From: Sinorhizobium meliloti
GTDB taxonomy: Bacteria > Pseudomonadota > Alphaproteobacteria > Rhizobiales > Rhizobiaceae
Direction: 5' to 3'
Assembly: GCF_017876815.1 (NCBI RefSeq)
Contig: NZ_JAGIOS010000001.1
Location: forward strand, 2,100,001-2,132,000
Length of the DNA stretch: 32,000 nt
The position numbers and the translations under genes were made by a program. Positions 26,224 to 32,000 of the stretch are shown here, piece by piece. Numbering within the stretch: the first letter of the stretch is position 1; every line of letters starts with the position of its first letter. The notes beneath the pieces are model-generated. The model did no database searches and was not told where the DNA came from. It worked only from the letters and a program-made list of their open reading frames with translations.

Positions 26224-26973
26224 TTAAAGCACGCCGGCTTCGGTCTTGAGCTTCTCGACGAGCTCGGCGACCGTCTTCACCTTGACGCCGGCCTTGCGGC
26301 CGGACGGCTCTTCCGTCTTCAAGACTTTCAGCCGCGGGCTGGTGTCGACGCCGAAGTCGGCCGGGGTCTTCTTGTCGAGCGGCTTCTTCTTCGCCTTCAT
26401 GATGTTCGGCAGCGAGGCATAGCGCGGTTCGTTGAGCCTGAGATCGGTGGTGACCACCGCCGGCAGCTTCAGTTCGACCGTCTGCAGGCCGCCGTCGACC
26501 TCGCGGGTGACGTTGACCTTGCCGTCGCCGATCTCGACCTTGGAGGCAAAGGTGCCCTGGGCCCAGCCGAGCAATGCCGACAGCATCTGGCCGGTCTGGT
26601 TGGAATCGTCGTCGATCGCCTGCTTGCCGACGATGATCAGCCCCGGCTGTTCGGCCTCGGCCACGCCCTTGACGATCTTGGCGACGGCGAGCGGCTCGAC
26701 CTGGTCTTCCGTCTCGACCAGGATCGCCCGGTCGGCGCCCATGGCGAGCGCGGTCCTGAGCGTCTCTTCCGCCTTGGCCGGGCCGATCGACACGACCACC
26801 ACTTCACTCGCCTTGCCGGCTTCCTTCAGCCGCAGCGCCTCTTCGACCGAGATCTCGTCGAACGGGTTCATCGACATCTTCACATTGGCAAGCTCGACGC
26901 CCGATCCATCCGCTTTGACCCGGATCTTGACGTTGTAGTCGACCACCCGTTTCACCGTCACAAGTATTTTCAT
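26224..26973 (-). CDS. etfB: Electron transfer flavoprotein, beta subunit
   Basis: 249 aa: [20 protein letters not shown]...[16 protein letters not shown], a canonical EtfB N-terminus. A GGAGGGAAAG SD lies upstream. Confidence 0.95.
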   Translation of the reverse strand: MKILVTVKRVVDYNVKIRVKADGSGVELANVKMSMNPFDEISVEEALRLKEAGKASEVVVVSIGPAKAEETLRTALAMGADRAILVETEDQVEPLAVAKIVKGVAEAEQPGLIIVGKQAIDDDSNQTGQMLSALLGWAQGTFASKVEIGDGKVNVTREVDGGLQTVELKLPAVVTTDLRLNEPRYASLPNIMKAKKKPLDKKTPADFGVDTSPRLKVLKTEEPSGRKAGVKVKTVAELVEKLKTEAGVL

Positions 26974-27134
26974 GGATTCTTTCCCTCCAAGAACGTTCGC
27001 AGGAAAATGCGCCTTAACAAGGCGGCCTGATTGTCGGTTGGCGACATCGATACGCGTTTTTGCTCCATAGACAAGCCGTTCTTGACGCTAAATCGCGATG
27101 AACCAACGCCAATTCGATATGACCGCGCTTATTC

Positions 27135-27152
27135 GTACTTACGTTTACGTAC
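27135..27152. promoter_or_regulatory. ACGT-rich repeat/quasi-palindrome upstream of etfB (possible operator)
   Basis: GTACTTACGTTTACGTAC contains TTACGT twice. The core TACGT-TT-ACGTA is palindromic apart from its centre. It lies about 165 nt upstream of the etfB ATG, in an otherwise unremarkable AT-richer spacer. Confidence 0.25.
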
Positions 27153-27272
27153 AGGTAAAAAAATCCGCTGGCAAGCACAGCCGCAAGGCCGGCTTCTCTC
27201 GGGCATCGCCGCCAACGAAGCGCGTGCAATCCATTGAAAACTTGACGTTAATTTCTCGACCTTGCCTCGAGT

Positions 27273-28064
27273 TCAAGTCGGTCGGCCCCAATGCGGAGCG
27301 GGCTTGGAAGCTCCGGCGGCCACAGGCGATGTCTCTTCAGGCGTTCTCTCCCGGTGCTCGACGGCGCGTGGAGTGACGATTGTGCGATCGAACAGCGGCA
27401 CACCGGGGCGTCGCAAAAGGACCACGAGCACAAGGCCCGCTACGATCCCGCCGACATGCGCGCTCCAGGAAACGCCGCCGCCGGGATCGGCCAGGAACAT
27501 GAAAAACTGCTGGCCGATCCAGAAGGCGAGCGGAATGGCGGCGGGGAGCGGCAGGGGGATGCGGAAAAGCACGAGCACCCAGACCCGCACCTTCGGGTGC
27601 AGGAGGAAATAGGCGGCGACGACGCCGGATATGGCGCCGGAGGCGCCGATCAGCGGCGCCTCCGAGGCCGGCTCGAGGAGCCCATGGGCCAGCGCTCCGG
27701 CGGCCGCGCACAGAAGATAGAACACGAGAAAACGGAAATGCCCGAGCGCGTCCTCGACATTGTCGCCGAAGACCCAGAGGAAAAGCATGTTCATGGCGAG
27801 ATGCATGAAATCGCCATGCAGAAAGGAGTAGGTGACGAAGGTGAATTCGTCCGGAACGATCACCAGCGAGGGATCGAGGTCGGCATAATCGAAGATGATC
27901 GCGGGGATATAGCCTAGCCCGAGGATCGCAGCATTGGCGAAATCCTCGGTTGCGACGGGCCCGATAGCGAGCCAGGCAACGAAATCGATGACGATCAGCG
28001 TGATCGTCACATACTGCATCCTTATGTGCTTCAGCTCGTTCCTGTCATGCAGCGGTATGAACAT
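27273..28064 (-). CDS. Rhomboid-family intramembrane serine protease
   Basis: The 263-aa product starts at MFIPLHDRNELKH. It is multi-TM with the rhomboid motifs HGDFMHLAMNMLFLWVFG and GASGAISGV (catalytic Ser) and a downstream His (SAHVGGIVAG). Confidence 0.88.
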   Translation of the reverse strand: MFIPLHDRNELKHIRMQYVTITLIVIDFVAWLAIGPVATEDFANAAILGLGYIPAIIFDYADLDPSLVIVPDEFTFVTYSFLHGDFMHLAMNMLFLWVFGDNVEDALGHFRFLVFYLLCAAAGALAHGLLEPASEAPLIGASGAISGVVAAYFLLHPKVRVWVLVLFRIPLPLPAAIPLAFWIGQQFFMFLADPGGGVSWSAHVGGIVAGLVLVVLLRRPGVPLFDRTIVTPRAVEHRERTPEETSPVAAGASKPAPHWGRPT

Positions 28065-28102
28065 GTGATCCCCGAGACGACACGCGCCGAAACAAAAATA
28101 CG

Positions 28103-28681
28103 TTATCTGTTGTTGCCGGGGACCCAAAGGACGTCGGCGCGCCCCTTGTCATTTGCCCAGCGGGCCGCGACGAACAGGAAATCCGAAAGGCGGTTGACAT
28201 AGGCAATCGCCTCCGTGCTGACGGCCTCGCCTTCCATCGATGCGAGTGCGACCATTTGCCTTTCGGCGCGCCGCGCCACGGTACGGGCCACATGGAGGGC
28301 GGCCGAAGCGGCGCTGCCGGCCGGCAGGACGAAGGAGCGCAGCGGTTCGAGGTCGGCATTCAGCCGGTCGATCTCCCGTTCGAGGCGCTCGACCTGGGCA
28401 GCGACGATGCGAAGCGGCTCGTATTCGGGCTTCTCGCCCGTGTCCGGCGTGGCGAGATCGGCGCCAAGATCGAAGAGATCGTTCTGGACGCGCATGAGCA
28501 TCGCGTCCAGATCCGGGATCGCATCCGTGTGCTGGCGGGCGAGGCCCACAAAGGCATTCGCCTCGTCTATCGCGCCGTAGGCCTCGACCCTGAGATCACT
28601 TTTCAGACGCCGCGGGCCGGAGACGAGGCCGGTCGTGCCGTTGTCGCCGGTCCGGGTGTAGATCTTGTTCAATTTTACCAT
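28103..28681 (-). CDS. ATP:cob(I)alamin adenosyltransferase, PduO type
   Basis: 192 aa: MVKLNKIYTRTGDNGTTGL...RVEAYGAIDEANA...LFDLGADLA...FVLPGS-like block (FVLPAGS). These are hallmark PduO-type (MMAB-like) motifs. Confidence 0.9.
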   Translation of the reverse strand: MVKLNKIYTRTGDNGTTGLVSGPRRLKSDLRVEAYGAIDEANAFVGLARQHTDAIPDLDAMLMRVQNDLFDLGADLATPDTGEKPEYEPLRIVAAQVERLEREIDRLNADLEPLRSFVLPAGSAASAALHVARTVARRAERQMVALASMEGEAVSTEAIAYVNRLSDFLFVAARWANDKGRADVLWVPGNNR

Positions 28682-28698
28682 GATGCTGTCGCTTTACC

Positions 28699-28902
28699 TC
28701 AGCTCGGGCGGCCGCCGCCGGTCACCCAGAGCGTCAGCATGATCAGCACGATGGCGACGGCCTGGAACAGCACGCGGGCCTGCATGAGTTTGTTGGAGGT
28801 GTTGCCGCTGCCGCCCTTGGCCATGTTGAGCAGGCCGCGGATCAGCACGATCGCTACCAGGCCCATGACGAGCAGGGTCAGACCGGTAAGGAAGCTGTTC
28901 AT
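28699..28902 (-). CDS. Twin-transmembrane-helix small protein (HIG1-domain-like)
   Basis: 67 aa with two hydrophobic helices separated by a basic loop (RGLLNMAKGG...NKLMQARVLFQ), as in the alphaproteobacterial HIG1-like family. Confidence 0.78.
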   Translation of the reverse strand: MNSFLTGLTLLVMGLVAIVLIRGLLNMAKGGSGNTSNKLMQARVLFQAVAIVLIMLTLWVTGGGRPS

Positions 28903-28924
28903 GGCGTAAATCCTTGTGGTTCGG

Positions 28925-29758
28925 TCAGCCGAGGCGACCGATGATGCGATAGAACAGTGCCGCCGGCAGGAGCTTTTTGAGAAGCGCTCCCTGCCTGGCC
29001 GGCCTTGTCACTATATAATGCGGCCTCGGACGGCGTGCCGTCAAAGCGTGTTTCAGTGCAGCGTAAACGGCGTCGGGGCCGAGCTTGCCGGGTGCTGGTT
29101 TGCTCTCGCCGCGCAGGCGCCGCATCTGCCGCTCGTATTCCGCACGATGGACGGAATTCTCGAGATCGATGAATCGCTCGATATAGGCGATCGCATTGGT
29201 CGTGAATTTCGAGGCGATCGGACCGGGCTCGATCAGGCTCACGCCGATGCCGCTGCCGGCGAGCTCCATCCTCAATGTGAGCGAGAGCGCCTCGAGCGCG
29301 AACTTCGAGGCATTGTAGGCGCCGCGCCAGCGATAGGGCACGAGGCCGAGAATGGAGGAGCACTGGACGATGCGGCCATGCCCGCGGGCGCGCATCGCCG
29401 GGATGACGCGCCGCGTCAGGTCGTGCCAGCCGATGACGTTGGTTTCGAGCTGGAGCCGCAGGGCCTCCGTCGGCAGGTCCTCCACCGCGCCGGCCTGGCC
29501 GTAGGCGCCATTGTTGAAAAGCGCATCGATCCGTCCGCCGCTCAGCGCCATCACGGCTTCCACCAGCGCGGCAATCGTCTCCGGCCGGGTATAGTCCATG
29601 ATGAAGGTCTCGATGCCTTCGGCCTCCAGCGGTGCCTGATCCTCCGGCCGGCGCACGGTCGCGAAGACCCGCCAGCCGTCCCGCTGCAGCGCCCGGGCGC
29701 AATAGGCCCCGATTCCAGAGGAGCAACCGGTGACGATGATGGTGGGGCGATCCGGCAT
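28925..29758 (-). CDS. SDR-family oxidoreductase
   Basis: I take the start at MPDRPTIIVTGCSSGIG, which carries the TGxxxGIG cofactor motif. The catalytic YNASK and the NNG block are present. The track ORF has an unlikely 23-aa extension. Confidence 0.88.
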   Translation of the reverse strand: MPDRPTIIVTGCSSGIGAYCARALQRDGWRVFATVRRPEDQAPLEAEGIETFIMDYTRPETIAALVEAVMALSGGRIDALFNNGAYGQAGAVEDLPTEALRLQLETNVIGWHDLTRRVIPAMRARGHGRIVQCSSILGLVPYRWRGAYNASKFALEALSLTLRMELAGSGIGVSLIEPGPIASKFTTNAIAYIERFIDLENSVHRAEYERQMRRLRGESKPAPGKLGPDAVYAALKHALTARRPRPHYIVTRPARQGALLKKLLPAALFYRIIGRLG

Positions 29759-29928
29759 CCACGCGATTCCTGTAGAAATCCAAGCCCCATTTCCCATATT
29801 CATCGTTGGGATACAATTGAATTGCAAAGGCGATGGCTGGGACCCGAACGTGACGTCAAGGCCGGTCGCAGGTGCCGCGCCGGCTGGTCCTCATCAGGAG
29901 CGGGATTGGTGAAAGAGTGGGAGACGGA

Positions 29929-30804
29929 ATGCCGGCATTCGTTCGCATCATCTGGAAGGTCGTGTTCGATGCGCTCTGGCATTTCAGCGAGGACGATGGC
30001 TGGGCGATGGCCAGTCACGTAGCGCTTTCTTCCCTGATGGCCGTCTTTCCCTTTCTGATCTTCGGCACCGCGCTCGCCAGTTTCCTGGGCGCCGATCAGT
30101 TCGCGCAGACGGCAGTCCATCTGATCTTCGACACCTGGCCGGAATCGATCGCCAAGCCGGTCGCCGACGAAGTCGTGCGCGTATTGACCATCCCGCGCGG
30201 CAGCCTGCTTACGATCTCCGTTCTTGCTGCAGCCTATTTCGCCTCGAACGGTGTCGAAGCATTGAGGATCGCGCTCAATCGCGCCTACAGGGTTGCCGAA
30301 AGCCGCTACTGGTATGTGACGCGGCTCGCGAGCCTCGGCTTCGTGCTCGGCGCCGTGCTCATCCTGGCCGCCCTCAGCATTCTTCTGGTCGCGGTGCCTC
30401 TGGCGGTCCGCAATGCGGATCAGTGGTTCCCCTGGCTGGATGCGCTGATGGCGGCGGTGGACGATTGGGGCTTGCCGCTGACGCTGACCATGCTGACGGC
30501 AGGCTTGCTCGTCGCCCATCTGTGGTTGCCGGCCGGCCACCGCAATGTCGTAGACGTGCTGCCCGGCATCTTCCTCACGCTCGTGCTGTGGTCCGTGGGC
30601 GCCTACGCCTTCGCCTCCTATATCGCGAATTTTTCCAACTACGTCACGACCTATGCCGGGCTCGCTTCCATCATGATCGTCCTGGTCTTCCTCTACATGC
30701 TTGGCGCGATCTTCATCATCGGTGCGGAAATCAACGCCGCCATCCTGAAATACAAGGTGAAGCTCATGGTCAGGCGCAGTTTTCAGGGAGGCCGAGGAGA
30801 GTAA
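29929..30804 (+). CDS. YihY/BrkB-family inner-membrane protein
   Basis: Polytopic membrane protein. MPAFVRIIWKVVFDALWHFSEDDGWAMASHVALSSLMAVFPFLIF is the typical YihY N-terminal region. I prefer ATG 29929 over GTG 29872. Confidence 0.83.
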   Translation: MPAFVRIIWKVVFDALWHFSEDDGWAMASHVALSSLMAVFPFLIFGTALASFLGADQFAQTAVHLIFDTWPESIAKPVADEVVRVLTIPRGSLLTISVLAAAYFASNGVEALRIALNRAYRVAESRYWYVTRLASLGFVLGAVLILAALSILLVAVPLAVRNADQWFPWLDALMAAVDDWGLPLTLTMLTAGLLVAHLWLPAGHRNVVDVLPGIFLTLVLWSVGAYAFASYIANFSNYVTTYAGLASIMIVLVFLYMLGAIFIIGAEINAAILKYKVKLMVRRSFQGGRGE

Positions 30805-30822
30805 GAACGCGGATTCCTCTCC

Positions 30823-31719
30823 TCATCGCTCGCCAAGAACCATCGCCCTGACATCCGCAGGCCTGTGCCCGGCGGCTCGGAAGGCGGCAATGCCCGTGTC
30901 GCTGTCGCTCTTCGACAGTTTCCGGCCGTCCGGTCCGAGCACGAGCCGATGATGGTGATAGACCGGCTGCGGCAGATCGAGGAGCCGCTGCAGCAGGCGA
31001 TGCACCGATGTCGCGTGGTAGAGGTCGCGGCCGCGCACGACGTGGGTGATGCCCTGCAGGGCATCGTCGACCACGACCGAGAGATGATAGCTCGACGGCG
31101 CATCCGAACGCGACAGGATGACATCGCCCCAGGCGGCCGGATCGGCGACGATCGACGTGGCTTCGCCCGATTGGCTCAACCCCGTTTCCCGCCACGTGAG
31201 TGGCTCGCCCGCGCACCGCACGGCCTCTCCCATGTCGAGACGCCAGGCATAGGGTCGGCCGCTCGCCAGGAGAGCAGCCTGCTCGTCCGGCGTGAAGCCG
31301 CGCTCGCGGCCGGGATAGAGCGGTGTTCCGTCCGGGTCGCGCGGCCACGCTTGCCCCTTTGCCTCCGCCGCGGCCACCGCCGCCCGTATTTCACCGCGCG
31401 TCATCACGGCGGGATAGACGAGACCCATCGCTTTCAAGCGCTCGAGCGCAGCGGCATAGACGCCGAGATGTTCGGATTGGCGCCGCACCGGCTCTTCCCA
31501 ATCGAGGCCGAGCCAGGCGAGGTCCTCGAAGATCGCGGCCTCGAATTCCGGCCGGCAGCGCGTCCGGTCGATATCCTCGATCCTCAACAGGAAACGGCCG
31601 CCCATGGCTGCCGCCATGTCGTGATTGAGGATCGCCGACAGGGCGTGGCCGAGATGCAGGAGACCGTTCGGACTCGGCGCGAAACGAAAAACCGGTTGTT
31701 CTGGTCGTGAAATCGGCAT
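30823..31719 (-). CDS. gluQ: tRNA glutamyl-Q(34) synthetase (GluQRS)
   Basis: The 298-aa product starts at MPISRPEQPVFRFAPSPNGLLHLGHA, which carries a HIGH-type motif. The KLSKS motif is present, and the product is a truncated GluRS-like catalytic domain without an anticodon-binding domain. Confidence 0.9.
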   Translation of the reverse strand: MPISRPEQPVFRFAPSPNGLLHLGHALSAILNHDMAAAMGGRFLLRIEDIDRTRCRPEFEAAIFEDLAWLGLDWEEPVRRQSEHLGVYAAALERLKAMGLVYPAVMTRGEIRAAVAAAEAKGQAWPRDPDGTPLYPGRERGFTPDEQAALLASGRPYAWRLDMGEAVRCAGEPLTWRETGLSQSGEATSIVADPAAWGDVILSRSDAPSSYHLSVVVDDALQGITHVVRGRDLYHATSVHRLLQRLLDLPQPVYHHHRLVLGPDGRKLSKSDSDTGIAAFRAAGHRPADVRAMVLGER

Positions 31720-31820
31720 TCTTTTCCTTTGCCATGGAAGCGTTGTAAAGATCACCCGCTTTCTACAGGGCCGTGTGCGTGTCAGACGCAAGGGACGCTG
31801 CAGCACTTTGGTTTTGCTGC

Positions 31821-31856
31821 AAGTGTCCTTCAATCGGCGGCGATTTAAGGACACTT
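31821..31856. promoter_or_regulatory. Perfect 10-bp inverted repeat with 16-nt spacer upstream of the alkA-like gene
   Basis: AAGTGTCCTT (31821-31830), then 16 nt, then AAGGACACTT (31847-31856). It ends 7 nt before the GGGAGGA SD of the downstream ORF. It could be an operator or a leader hairpin. Confidence 0.3.
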
Positions 31857-31872
31857 TCAGTGGGAGGATGCA

Positions 31873-32000
31873 TGCGGATTATCCGGACACACGAGGATAT
31901 AGAGGCCGGTCTTGCCGGTCTGGTGATGCTCGATGCCCGGCTCGAACACGTCATCGATAAGGCGGGGCCGGTACCCTTGAGGCGCACCGACCCCGGTTAT
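31873..32000 (+). CDS. DNA-3-methyladenine glycosylase II family (AlkA-like, HhH-GPD) protein, N-terminal fragment; runs off the window
   Basis: I translated from ATG 31873, which has a GGGAGGA SD at 31863-31869: MRIIRTHEDIEAGLAGLVMLDARLEHVIDKAGPVPLRRTDPGY. This resembles the N-termini of rhizobial AlkA-family glycosylases as I recall them. Only 42 codons are visible. Confidence 0.55.

Noticed and set aside
27081-27246. Two CTTGAC hexamers (27081-27086 and 27241-27246) on the plus strand, considered as -35 boxes for an unannotated plus-strand sRNA between etfB and the rhomboid gene.
   Set aside because: Neither has a CTATAT-like -10 at 16-18 nt. No plus-strand terminator follows, and the only U-tract in the region is on the minus strand.
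1-32000. I searched for a novel multi-gene system (defence island, CRISPR-Cas, toxin-antitoxin, prophage, secretion or biosynthetic cluster) and for rRNA/tRNA genes.
   Set aside because: Every sizeable ORF with coding-like composition is either a recognisable housekeeping or conserved-family gene or an IS transposase. There are no direct-repeat arrays, no cloverleaf-like sequences in the intergenic spacers I read, and no cluster of adjacent unknown genes. The unknowns (DUF3108, DUF2125, TIGR02302, the small frameshifted gene) are scattered.

Overview
This is a high-GC alphaproteobacterial chromosome segment. Gene content, gene order and an ISRm3 copy point to a Sinorhizobium/Ensifer meliloti-type core chromosome; that assignment rests on my recollection of the synteny, not on a search. 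I call about 35 protein-coding genes, almost all housekeeping. In order they are: yhhQ (partial), rpmB, a DUF3108 protein, an EamA transporter, a cupin, gloB, a methyltransferase, hisC-tyrC, a DUF2125 protein, chaC, the plsC-ydcF-ftsX-ftsE block, a small frameshifted membrane-protein gene, hpt, a CpdR-type response regulator, the TIGR02302/DUF4175 protein, lysA, a small lipoprotein, argH, tlpA, hbd-etfA-etfB, rhomboid, a PduO-type adenosyltransferase, a HIG1-like twin-TM protein, an SDR, yihY, gluQ and a partial alkA-like glycosylase. The only accessory DNA is a nested IS pair at 14762-17366: an IS256-family ISRm3 copy sits inside an IS4-family element, which itself sits in the apex of a RIME-like intergenic palindrome. 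I saw no rRNA, tRNA, CRISPR array, prophage, toxin-antitoxin or defence-like gene cluster, and nothing that supports a new multi-gene system. The most useful leads are small cis elements: (1) a candidate preQ1-I riboswitch in the yhhQ leader; (2) a perfect CtrA box plus a half-site between ftsE and the divergent small gene; (3) an apparent -1 frame change at a G4 run in that small gene; (4) the architecture of the nested IS; (5) a repeat-derived hairpin between etfB and etfA. All calls come from reading the sequence and from remembered family motifs. None has been confirmed by a database search.
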